A stretch of 64,000 bases of DNA, from the NCBI GenBank assembly GCA_963924565.1, contig OZ004608.1:12214001-12278000 (forward strand). Reading direction: 5' to 3'. Position numbers and translations under genes: made by a program. This document shows, piece after piece, positions 1 to 12,383 of this stretch. Position 1 is the first letter of the stretch; each line of letters opens with the position of its first letter. The stretch is from Ascidiella aspersa (Eukaryota). The notes below the pieces were generated by a model that ran no database searches, was not told the origin of the DNA, and saw only the letters and a program-made list of their open reading frames with translations.

Positions 1-741
1 TTCGCAACAGAATAACTTTAAAACCGTTTTTTAACATATGAAAGAGGGTGCGAGACGTTTGGGACAGTCGAATCAATTTCGGAGCACTACAAAGCTTTTA
101 AACGTTTTGTACGACATGGACAGCAAGATATTAAGCAGCGTCGGTGCCAGGCAAGCCGTCGCCATTCGTGCAAATACAAGCATTTCATTTTCGGTATTGT
201 GAGTTGGAACAACGTCTACTACCATCAAAGCGATGGGGAAAATCTTCCAAGCAATAATATCAGAATGCAAATATCGAAAAAAGAGATCACAACACGAATG
301 AGATATCTGTATAGCGCAGCAGATGTGACGTAGGAAAATAAAGAAATTTATATATTAACACGCTAACTGGGCGGGTTAAATGATGATAATAAATTCAACA
401 AGTACACATAACTACGTCCAATTGATCAACCAGTAAATAACACACTTACTTAACGACCTTGCATAAAGTATTAGCCATTTTAAACCCTTTATTCGTTAAA
501 AAGTGGTAATTAAAAACCAGAATTGTTTTCAATAAAGCACATTATATACATGTATTGTATAATTTTAAATTGCTACCCATTGCAATATTTGCATGTAACG
601 CGATTCTGGCCAATCTGAACGTTGGTTGGTGTGGGACTATTTCATTTGATGAAATTGTACATGAAAGCAAATATTAAAAGTAACTTAGTCAATGTTAAAT
701 AGACTGGATAAGGGTTCGCCTTCCAATTAAGGTGAATTTAA

Positions 742-2852
742 TCAGTACGTTGGTGGTTGGTAATCCTGGGGTGGTGCATTGGGTTGCACGTCCTGCTTCT
801 GAGAAAATGGACCCTTTGAAATATAAATAATTAATTATTGCCAATCAGGAATTAGGGAAGGCCAGTTTCTAAAAATATATCATAAAGAAGCATTAGCAGT
901 CATACAAATACCATAGTAATATATTTATTATTTTAAAAGATACTAAATTTGTGCTTTTATATAGAAAGCATTAAATTTTAGTTTTATATAGAAACATATT
1001 ACTTATTTTATTGGTTGGTGATTTATAATATCTTTTTAGCAGGAATTACATAACTTTGTACTCTTAACTAAAACCTCAAATTGTGATGAACATACCTGTT
1101 GGTAGGCAGATGGTGATGACATTTCGGCAGCCCCAGGAAAGGAAGTGTATGGGGCACTACTTTCTGTCGCGGGGTCCAAGTAGGTTGGTGCAAAAGCAGA
1201 CAGAGTTCCCTGTCGGTAAGACTGGACAGCAAGGTATGTCATTCCACCCTAAAGAAAAACATATACTTTTTAGTGTGAACTAATTTTAATATAAAATAAA
1301 ACCAAACAATTGCAAATTAACCAACAATTAAAATAGTAGCAGCTATAATTAGCTATAAAGCTTAAAAGTGGTGAATACCAACAAGCAACACAAAATGACA
1401 CACCTAAAATTTAAATTACACAGATTAGGGCATGATTTGGAAAAACAAAATCATCTTGCAAATTGATTAAGGAAATAGTAATTTACAGTACTTACCCATG
1501 TGCCAATTGAGAAAAAGCTAAAAGCAATAGCCGCCCTTGCGTTATCCGCTCCATACCCTTCACTGGCAGCAGATTGGGGTACGCGCCTGGCCCAGGTGTT
1601 GGTCAAGAAACAAAATCCAACAAAAAACAAGAATGTCCAAAGTCCTGTTAAAAGAAATAAATTAGCCTTAGAAAAACAAAAATGGCAAAGAATTTTAGTT
1701 TGGAGATTTGAGAAAGAATGAGCAATGTATTTACCTGAAAATGCAATGTCGGCCATTACAATTTTTTTCCTTTTTTCTGCACTGCTAATGCTTGGAAAGA
1801 TTAGGTCCAATACAAAGAAAACGGTGACAATTATAAATCCCATAATGCCGATTGCCACTCCATAATGGCATGCATTATCATTCTGAATCAAAATAAATGT
1901 GAGATTTAATTAATTCTAAAAAATGCAATGGCTTTACTTCTAGTAGAAAAATTTGAATAATATAAAATGGTTAAATTAATACAATACCTTATTTTTTGTA
2001 AAGTTAAAAAAATGAATTTCAGACAAAGAACTTACCTGTCCAAATATGCAATCATTGGCTTTGTCATATGATTCTGATACAATGCATCCAAATACGATTA
2101 TTGCAAACACCTGAAAAAGCATAATTTTTGTTTAGGTTAATATTGATTTATGTGGACCAACTAATCAACAACTTCTAATTTTACAAAATAACAGTTTTGC
2201 TCATTTTCATAAAATTTACAAAAAATACACCAGTATACTAGTCAAATAAATTTAATAAAAAAGGACTTTATATCAATTACGCATCAGCCTGTTTGTGATG
2301 CATAGCAAAATTAAACCACAGTTTGTTCACTCTTTACATAATATGAAGAAGTAGTCACTCAGAAAAAATGAACTCAGTTGCCACAGTTGTGCCTACACTG
2401 TTTTTGAAGTAGTTTTAATAAATGGAAAATTATAATTTGCACTAAAGGTAGCACTACAATGTATGTTTTGGTCAATTTAAACACACTGTACATTTTTTCA
2501 AACAATTATTAAATCAACGCACAATGTTTGGGTTAGGGTGTTGGTTAGCGTTTTGGTGTCGATGAGTCAAGTATTATTTAATTTATCTTATAATAATACT
2601 TGACCCACCTAAATGCTAATCCTAACCAAAATGATGCTAGCAAATGTGGTCGGATTTTAGACCAGCACCGAAAGTTGTGTAGGATCAATCTGTCAATAAA
2701 CCAACCCTATACAGCCTTATATTCACAAAAGTGGTAATCATTTAACTTACCCAACTCAAGCTTCTTAGTATTGTGCGAGGTCTTTTTATAAATTCAACGG
2801 GGTGAAATGGCTCTCCTGATTTTCCTGCACCATAGGCACCGCCTTGCTCCAT
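742..2852 (-). CDS. SYNGR: Synaptogyrin (MARVEL-domain tetraspan vesicle protein), 232 aa; coding exons 2751-2852, 2036-2110, 1735-1882, 1496-1644, 1096-1248, 742-813
   Basis: The exons join in frame across canonical GT-AG introns (699 nt in total). The N-terminus MEQGGAYGAGKSGEPFHP..RPRTILRSLSWVFAIIVFGCI, the segments CHYGVAIG, KRKKIVMADIAFSGLWTFLFFVGFCFLTNTW and ARAAIAFSFFSI, and the P/Y/Q-rich tail ending DYQPPTY are diagnostic of synaptogyrins. Confidence 0.96.
2527..2630. repeat. Fold-back repeat in synaptogyrin intron 1
   Basis: The inverted pair GTCAAGTATTATT / AATAATACTTGAC is flanked by GGGTTAGGG..GGTTAGCGTTT and AAATGCTAATCCTAACC. Confidence 0.5.
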
Positions 2853-2899
2853 TTTTGTTACAGGTCAAGAATAATTCAAGCCCAACAGATCAATGGACT

Positions 2900-5655
2900 T
2901 TAAAAGTTGTTTCACTATAGTAACAAACGTTATGTCGATTGTCCTAACGTTGGTTTATTTGTATCCTGCGACATTACACAAAATAGTATTGGGCTATTAT
3001 ATTAATTTCATCTGAAATTTATTTTTTGTAAATTCTTCCAAACAAGACTTGGAGGCTTTGCGGGACATGCCACAAACTTTAAGCATTCACAAAACGAAAA
3101 TTCCAAATCAACTACTTAACACAATACCAAGAAAGCATATCGCGAGCTGTACTGTGCTTATTTTACTAAACAACACAACCACGACAACAATGTTCTCGTG
3201 ACACAGTATTCATATTTTTTCTCTTTTCCGTTGCAATTGACCAACCTACTTACGTTATAGTTTAAACGTAAAACAGAGGTAGTGCTGAATGCAAAGTGCA
3301 CGTGATTGTTACGCATGAACTGCGCCCATTTAGCTACAAGTTTTAGCACAGTAATACAACACTAAGTTAACAAATGTAAGCTTCCACCTACATAATTAAA
3401 ACAGCTGCTCATCTATTTAACGAAGTTGACCTACCTTTTCAAGATGTTCGGGTTTACGTAAAATAAAGTACGTGTTTACCTCCGCTTTCTGCGCTTCCCT
3501 GCCACTTCGCTTCAATATTTAACCCTCAGTTACATTTAAATCGTGACTATGGCGTCACTAGTCACATGACTCCATTCGGGCGTGGAGAAGTTTTTAAACT
3601 GAATTTTTGAACAGTTAAAAACTTAAAATCTCATTTAAAATAAAATAGAGAATTATCCAAAATTGATTGGAAAGCTGTCGCCCTGAGGATGAAATATTTC
3701 AAGGTTAGATAGAAACTCAATTTCAGCATAATACTGATTTATGTCTTTTCCGTACTTGGCAAAGCTGTCGTTGACGTCTGTTCGTTAAAAATATTTGTTT
3801 TGATTAAAATCGGACCATGTTTATTTAACAGATATTTCCTAATCACCAGAAAAAAATCTGAAGTGCTTGCATATACGTGGCAATCATATATAAGTATCTA
3901 ATAGTGTTTTAACCTTAAATGTCTTTAACTGCGCTTCAGTTGCCATGCATAATGCCCATACACTACTATAGAAATGCCATTTTATCGTAGAATTCATTGT
4001 TCATTTTATAGGGGGGTATGTACCGTGACAAGTTTCTCAGAGCAGTGGATTTTAGGTAAACCGCGCTTTACGAAGTCTAATGAAACATAGGTATTGCTAT
4101 TATAATTAGACTATAACATTTTAATTTAATCAACTTTTTGAGTAAGACCTAAACGTTTTGCCTTTATGTGTTTTGGATAACTATTTAGAACTATAAGATC
4201 ATACAAAGCAATTTACCAAAAAATCCAATACCAGCATGTTAATTTATTTATTTTTTAAATACTAACGTACAGAAGACACATTATACAAGGAATGTTTTAG
4301 GCACACAAATAGATTTGTTAGATTCTATGAATTGCCTGCAAGACAAAAAGACACGCTCCAACAGCACAAACCAAATCCGCTTTGTCAATAGCACTTAAAT
4401 ACGGTGGTTCTCAACTAGGAGTGAACTTTAGAAGACCGCCTACTCGTTGTATTTCGAGTGTAACGATTTAAAAGCGAAGCGAATGGGCAATTAACAAATC
4501 GCACATAATTAAAGAGACTTTCTGTTGTACTACTGTTGTAAGCAGTTCATACATGACGTATGACCTATAGGATGCATGTAGACTATTATTTTCATTGGAG
4601 TTGTGTATATAGCAAACGTATTAGGCTACGTAATGCTTTTTCAACCCGATGTGCGGACGATTGTGATTTCCTGTTAAGCGCTAGAAACGGTTATATAGAA
4701 AACAAGCGAAGCGCAAGGCAGCAGACAGCAGCAACACAACCGGAATGTGACTCATATCTGCTTAGTAATGTCAAGCGAGGAGCATGGGCTGTCACCAAAC
4801 GGCTAGGCACCAAACAGTTTGGTCCATAGTTATGTGTGTTGAAACTTCCTTGATTTTGAAAGTTGATAAAATAAGGTAAAAAGTTGTGAAACTTAGATAA
4901 CCGCTCGGCGCTTAGTTACACGTTTCGGGTTTATAACTTCCTGTTGGTTTTTGTTAGGATTTGTAAACAAATACCGAAATGCAAGTAACAGTCAACGCCA
5001 GGTTAAGATTACCTGCCGTTTTTACGAAAAAGGTACTATACGTCGTGGATTTACTACGTGCTTCTCAGTATATAAAGCATAATATTTAACAGCTTTAATT
5101 CACAATCAGCGGCGCCCACCGGCGTCTAAGAGGTTAATCAGAGATCACCAGAAAATGCGACAGCCTTAAGCCTACAATTGGTGGAAGTAACACCCACGCC
5201 AAACTAGGGTGGTTTGACACAAAGCGAATTTGTGAATAGTTTTGTCGCTTTGTTTATAAATGTACCGGGTTTCATTCAATATTATTACTCAGTGAAAAGA
5301 AAGGGAAAACTAAACATGCAACGAAAAACAAGTAGGCTAATGTGTAGCTTTCTTACAGCTACAATAGCTTCTTTATGCGTTGCATCGGTTATTTGCTTTT
5401 ACATATACATAGTTATATATATATACAATACATATTGTAGCGAATTGAATTTGGGCGTGGCAGTTCTGCCATATATGCGGCAAGAGTGTTGCATTAAAAA
5501 ACAAATGCTATCACACTCTTCCCCGATAAAAACAATAACATTTGAGATGGCAAAAATGTGCGTAATATAAAATGATAAAGTTATACATATAAAGTCTTAG
5601 AAAGCTTAATTAATAAAGCTTACATGATGCACTGTTACAAACATGCTTTTAACAG
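2900..5655. promoter_or_regulatory. Divergent intergenic/5'-UTR region shared by synaptogyrin and the SLC10 gene
   Basis: The two start codons (2852 on -, 5682 on +) are head-to-head. A motif cluster at 3541-3570 includes GTCACATGAC (E-box/CLEAR-like) and a CGTCA half-site. An acceptor ttttaacag ends at 5655. Transcription start sites are not determinable. Confidence 0.5.
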
Positions 5656-5681
5656 GCTAGTAGAATATAAACATCACTGAA

Positions 5682-8600
5682 ATGGACAACATTGAGGCAA
5701 ACAATAGTCATATACCACGCATGGCTAGTGGAAATCCCATTAGCGAAACCAACAATCAAAGCCACGGCGTTACAATCAAGTTCACACCAGATGGAATACC
5801 TATTACTGACTTCTCCAATAACCCTGCTAAAGTGATTATGGACAATGCCATCCATTGGCTTTCCATCCTTATTCTCATTGAAGTGATGCTTGGTTTGGGT
5901 AAGACTTGTTTTCAATCGGCATGCAGGTCATGCACTACAATCAGCATGCACTACAAGATGTACTGTAAACTTTATAGTGCACTTACCACGATTTCCGTAA
6001 CAACCCAAACTATTTTATTATGTTTACAGCTACACATTCATTGCTGTTGAGTTTAAGTCAAAACTAAGCAGTCATTAAGCACGTCCAATTCGCCAATTTT
6101 ATTTGTTACCTGTTGCGTTTATATTCAACAGTTTTAAATGCTTCCAAACCATTTTTGCTTACAGCTAAACACAAAAAAATTAAATATAGTGGCACCCCCC
6201 CTCGCATTTTCACTAAGCGCTTTACAGTGGCGCCGCACCGATATATTAGCACGTTATCTCTAGGTACCTTTGAGCATTTTTTTTATGTGCACGTTTGAGC
6301 ATTTTGGAGTAAAAATTACGTTGGGGGAAAATTACGTATGCAGCTGGAATTTACACTTTAGTAGAGATATATGAGTTTGAACAGTAGCAATTACAGAATC
6401 GTCTATATTTTCAAGGTTGTACGGTCGACGTGAGCGTTCTGAAGAAGCACATCAAGCGACCCGTCGGCGTCGCCATAGCAACGGTGACACAGTTCGTCCT
6501 GATGCCTCTCCTCGTGTTTGGGATCGCCACTGCCACTCACATTCACACGGTGGCGGCGGTCACTATTCTTGTGACGGCAAGTGTACCCGGCGGTAGCCTG
6601 TCCAACATCCTAGCCTACCTCATTGAAGGCGACTTGGCGTTAAGGTACAGTTGGAGTCGAATTTCTGCTGAATACCTCGCGTTTTGCATTTAGGAAAACG
6701 CTATGCGCACAGAAGGCTTGCGTGGTTCCCTGTCTTCCGGTATTTACTTATAGTAGATTGCCCTGTCTTCGTCTATACTCTATAAAGTGTTGTAAATGTA
6801 GTGACGTTTTTGGCTTGCATTATGTACTTAACAGAGAGTTTAACATAAACCATTTGTATTTTTTGTTCGCTTCCTATAAAACAGGGTTATTACCATAGAA
6901 GAGCTGAACAATTAATTGAAACGAGACTAAAAAGTATGATATAAATGGAATTTTAAAGTTTATTTAGATACCACCACATCAGTTATCTGATTTTTGCTCA
7001 ACTTTTACAAATTTGTATGTAAGATTAGAGTGTAATAAATCCAAATATAACTTCCTACGTTGTGTGGAGTTGATGTGTGTTGTTCCAGTTTTTTTGACAT
7101 TCCAGTGAATTACCTACGGAAAAATCTTATAGGTCTGTCGCAATCTATTTATTAGTTTTCAGGGGTGCCGCTAGCCATAAAAGATTGAGAACATTGAGTT
7201 AATTATTGACTGGTTTTCCTCTTGATCAGTGTCACGCAAAAAGCAATAAAAACAAGATATGAGTTTAGTTTAATGGTTGTGGTCGCATTACCCTAGCTAT
7301 CGACTGTGGTGACACTATCCCTACATCCTACTGAATGGTTTACAGTCACGGAATCCTCTAACAGCACCATCTCATCTTACCCATTTCAGTATGCTGATGA
7401 CGGCTTGCTCCTCTATGCTCGCGTTTGCTTTTATCCCGTTCAACCTGTTCGTGTACGGCTCACACTGGCTTCCAGCAAACACCGACTATCAGCACCTCAT
7501 CCCCTTCCCTTCGGTAATCCTGTCGCTGGTGCTTATGATGGTACCGGTCGCGGTCGGGGTGATAATCAACTGGAGGTGGCCAACCGCTTCAAAGTACATC
7601 GTGACGGTAATTTGCAAAGATTTTTCTAAAATCGAATCCAATTTTTTAGGGATTCTGTAACAATTGTTGAGATTTGGATGGTCTCGCCGATATATTTATT
7701 ATGACTCTTCCTGTTTACATTAACAGTCAGGTTGATCGCATTTGTATTGCCGCTATGGTGTGTTTTCCGGTCTTTTATTTGTAGTTTTTTGCAAGTCACT
7801 CGTTAATTAAACAAGTTTGCCCAACCATACACATAAACCGGTATATATCAATGTAACACTTTAATAAGTAAATGAGCTGTGTGGGCATTCCTTGAATAGA
7901 TCTTAAGCTTCTTATGTTGAGCTTCTCTTTTAATCACTTTGAAGAACAAAACTTAATTTCCTATGCCCGTTTTTTATTACGTTTGATCAAAGTAAGTGTT
8001 AAGATAATAAGAGACATCCTAACAATTAGAACCTTGATTAAGATTCAAAGCACAGTTGTGATTTACAACTGTTAAACTATAAACAAAATGTTTGGCTAAA
8101 TGGACGTGAAGTGTTTTTTTACGCTAAAGATTTGCTTCAGTGTTATAATTTTAAATTAAAATTTAGTGTGGAAGTATTGCTATATATTGTCGGTATAAGA
8201 ATGTTTTTAAGACAGCAAAAAACGTCATATCCTGTCCACGGTGCGGTTAATATTTTTGTAAATCCGTTAGCCTTACAGCTAGAATAACACTTGCTCTTCC
8301 CCGCGAAATCTGTTGTGTGTTTGGGTTGCGTGCTGTTGTGTGATTAAAGGTAAGGCTATTTATCAACGTCCGGTTAGTGATATGATAGTATTGTTTGATC
8401 CGTGATGATATCAGTTTATGTTTTGTCCTTCAAAACACAAATTACCTAATGATTTTGTACAAACACTCACAAAATCGGAGAAAAATAGGTTGCAGAAAAA
8501 TGCTGATAAATCTGTAAAAGTTAAATTTGGATTTATATTTTACATGGCGTTTAAACCTTATTACATTATCGACAAACTGTTTGTATTTATAGTTGTCAGT

Positions 8601-10822
8601 TACTGTATGCTTTTAGTTTATTTATATTTATATACGCGAGTGTCTTTTCAGGTTTGTAAGGTCATGTTGGGACTAACCATCACCAGTCTTGCCGTATTGT
8701 CGGGTCTCCTATACAAGGATACCTTGCTGCGCTATATGCCAAAAGAAATGTGGGCGTTCTGTGTGTTTATGCCTTTGGTCGGGTAAGCGCCTACAGTCGT
8801 ACATCGATAGAATACATTTCATCACATATTATTTAAAATCTAAATTTACCACTTTTTTGTCGTAAAAGAGATTTAAAAGATATTTTTTTTTTAGAACAGT
8901 ATTAGATCGTTTACAGTTTAACTAATTTTTTTAGGAATAATCAACATCAGCTTGAGAAGTGTTTTGTCCAATGCAAAGTATTATTCACATGGAATGACAT
9001 GTACAATACCAAAGTTGGCGACGAGATCTTTAATAAAACATAAAATACCTGAAATAAAAAATGTAACAAATACTCCAACTTTTAAACTTGTTTTACAGAA
9101 ATTTCCTGGGCTATTTCATTTCGCTTTGTGCCAGGATGGAGCCAGCACATCGTCGTACGGTAATGATGGAAACTGGATGTCAAAACGGCCAACTGGGCTG
9201 TGCTATTCTCAAGGTAAAGCACTGCTATGCCTGCATACAGGATTGAATTGCAACATGGTTTGTCACCCTGTGAAAGGTTTAGTCGTGACCTGTGTATACG
9301 ACAGCAATCGATGACCTTATAAAGCACGACAATAAAGTGTCGTCACCTATATACTTGTCATTGTTCTTGGCTAATAGATTTCACCTTAGTCAAGATCAGA
9401 GTGGTAAAACCCCACGTCCGCGGGCCATATCAATAAACGAATATTAAGCACATATTGAAGTATTTTTTATTATGTGGCCTGCAAACTATACAAAAAAATT
9501 ATATATTAGACGAAAGAGTTGGCGTTGACCAGGTTAAACAGAATATTACCCAGTTGAATTCTAACTGGCAAAGGATTACTAGCGCTATTTCGGCGATGCA
9601 AATAAATTACAACTGCAAATAGAATGCGATAATTTGCGAATTCTATCTAAATTTTGCCTGGTTAAACAAAATAAAACAACTCGTTATGCTTTTTGCTCTT
9701 TATTACTATTGCATGTTACGTTGTAACATGTCCGTTTAAATTTGCTAGCCTGGTGGATAGATCATGATTATGAAAATGAACGTGACAATTCATTTGTAAC
9801 CAAAAAGGGATGTTACGGATAACGTAATATCTTCGTCATTATGGCTAAATAAAGCGAACATATATTTCCAAATGGCACACCATTTTTATTGTTTACGTGG
9901 CGCTGCACCTGCACGTTCGGTAAACAGAAATTTTAAAATGTTATCTGCTTTATCGCATTCCGCGGTGACCGGAGAACATGTATAGTCTATAATCTATATT
10001 GTAAAAAGTTGCTTATGGTGCTTTGATTGTTTGCCACTGATTGCGTCTAAAATGGTTTAACTATAAATGATTCCCGACCATAAGTGCGAAACCCCTATAC
10101 TGAACGCGATATTTGCGAAATCTATGGTTTAGGTTTGTTATACGATATTCGTGTATGTCTCCTAATGTCTAATCAAATTAAGTAATTGATACGACCCGTG
10201 TGGTTATGTAATTGATGTGACCCGTTTAACTAAGAAAGACAACACATATTTATTTAAAATTGAACTCAGCGTAAATAAAATCAACCACAGATTGACCCTT
10301 TGCTGGAAGGGTTTAGGCCACTATAACGTGCGTTCCACAGGCTACAGCATTTTTGTAAATGGAAATTACGAAGTCAAATATTAATTGATATATATATTTT
10401 TCTCTTTATAGGTGGCTTTTCCGAACGAGCTTATTGGAAGCTTCTTTATTTTCCCGCTTCTGTATTCCGTTTTTCAACTCACCGAGGGCCTTATTCTGGT
10501 CGCCATCTTTAAATTCCTCAAAAAGCGGCGGGAAGAATCAAAAGAAAGCGCAGCCAGAGAAAGTTACACCGTCAAGGACGCCACTTTGAAAGTAATTCGC
10601 ACGGTGTCGCACGTGATCGACAGCGTGAAGGCGAGGCGCAAATCCGTAGCGGCAAAGGACGAAAAAGACCCTGTCGTGTCGGATTTCAGCGAAACGAGTT
10701 CGGATTCGCAACTGAGCAGCTTCGCCAACAATGTGAGCAGCGATGTATTGACACCGATTGACGCGGGAGCGTTAAATCGAGCGTACGCGACTGATCCCAA
10801 ACCGACGAATTGTAAACAGTAG
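5682..10822 (+). CDS. SLC10 family sodium/bile-acid symporter-like protein (SLC10A1/A2/A4/A6 group), 439 aa; coding exons 5682-5898, 6416-6644, 7390-7606, 8652-8782, 9099-9213, 10412-10822
   Basis: Phase-compatible GT-AG junctions give 1320 nt. SBF-domain motifs are present: MLGLGCTVD, QFVLMP, PGGSLSNILAYLIEGDLALSMLMTACS, RRTVMMETGCQNGQLGCAILKVAFP and FPLLYSVFQLTEG. Exon 5 is not in the supplied ORF frame and was read manually. The paralogue cannot be assigned without a tree. Confidence 0.93.
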
Positions 10823-12383
10823 ATCAAGCTATACCGCGCGGAAGCTTTGAACACAAACATTAGATTATTCTTTGGCGGAAGCTTGTTAGATAAAAAACAT
10901 CCGAAGCTGACTGAAACTTCCAGTACACAATCAACCATGCGAGACAGTAAGTTGGAAGAACCCGGATTTTGGTTCCGGGAGGGCTGTTTGTGTATTTACC
11001 TTTTATACGTGGGCAACTGTTACACATCACACATCACCGAGGTTGAGCCAACGATGTAGCAAGCTTTGTAGTAATCAGATTGGTTTGTTTTTAGTTTTAT
11101 TCATGTTTGATTTTTGTTTTTGTTTTTTTTTGCTCAAAATAATAACCGACATTTTGCACATACACAATAACGTCAGTTCCTCACTGAGCGAAAATTATGG
11201 CACATATAACTCAGGGTTAAATCGAGTTTATGTTTACTATATTTGTAAGTTTAACGTTATAAAACTGAATGTCTCCGTGCGTTTCACGCAAACTCGCATT
11301 TTACAACGTTAGGCGTTTATCGAAATCGAAATTGATCTGCACTCAAGTTGGACTTGCTTCAATAATAGCAATATCATTAGTGTTTAGAAGCGATAAATTA
11401 TTTGCGAAAATCGAGACATTTGACATTTAAAAACAACAACATGCTAATCTTTCCAATTTTATCGGGGTTAAAACATAATACTTTTGCACATGTCTAACCT
11501 TCAAATCGCTAACCAAGTGGCTAGAAGTTGTTACGACAGGCCTCTTGAGCTGTAGAGATGACGTTTCAAATGTGTAATTAAACGAAGTGTTATTTATGGC
11601 TAATGCCGATATTTTGGTTTATGCATTAAGATTTAAGTTCTGTTTGCAGTTAAATCACGAATGTAGTGAGGTAACATGACAGGTAACGGTGTATTTGCAG
11701 AAAGGACGAGTTGAAAACGACAACAATAATATTCGGTTCAAAACAAAAATATTCGGATTTTTTTCTTGGAATGAAAAAACAGTTTCACCAGCGTTAGAAG
11801 TAACAGCAAAATAAAGCTCGGGATTTCAGTGAAATCGCTCTACCCAGTAAATAAAAGTAAAAGTCTTACTGAAGGGTCGTTCATACATTACGTTGAATGC
11901 AAGTCTGAAAAAATTGAAAGAGCAAGCAGCTTTGCTTTTTGAGGATAGCAAAATGTAGGTAGTATGTAAAAGCCATTAAATTATTTCTCTAACTTTCAAA
12001 CATACCCACGCATAACAACAGTAGAAAGGCGAAGCGCGCTTTATACAACAAATCTCAAGGTAAATAAGCTTAAAAGCGTATACAACATTGCAGCATAAGT
12101 CGTGGCCGGCCTGATCGATTGTACTCTTTGTACAGATTTACATCGCGAAAGATATACGCGATTGAAAAACGAACAGTCGATCTTCGTTGAAGCGTTAGTA
12201 AGAAAACTACAGCTGCGAGCGACAATGTTGTGACGAAGACGTGCAAAAACATGGCTAAAGTTAAGGACAAAGCGGGCAGTGCACACGTTAAAACCGGCGG
12301 TCACTTGATATAGCAGTAACGCATCGTTGGTTGAGTTTCGGGTCAAGCTCATCTCTGTGACGATCGTCTGAATGGGCGATATT

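Noticed and set aside
73-270. 65-aa hydrophobic ORF at the window start
   Set aside because: It belongs to no recognisable family and has no splice support. It lies in or beyond the synaptogyrin 3' region.
3681-3705. CTGAGGA-T-GAAATATTTC, a hammerhead-like core
   Set aside because: There is no stem II between the core segments and no stem I pairing.
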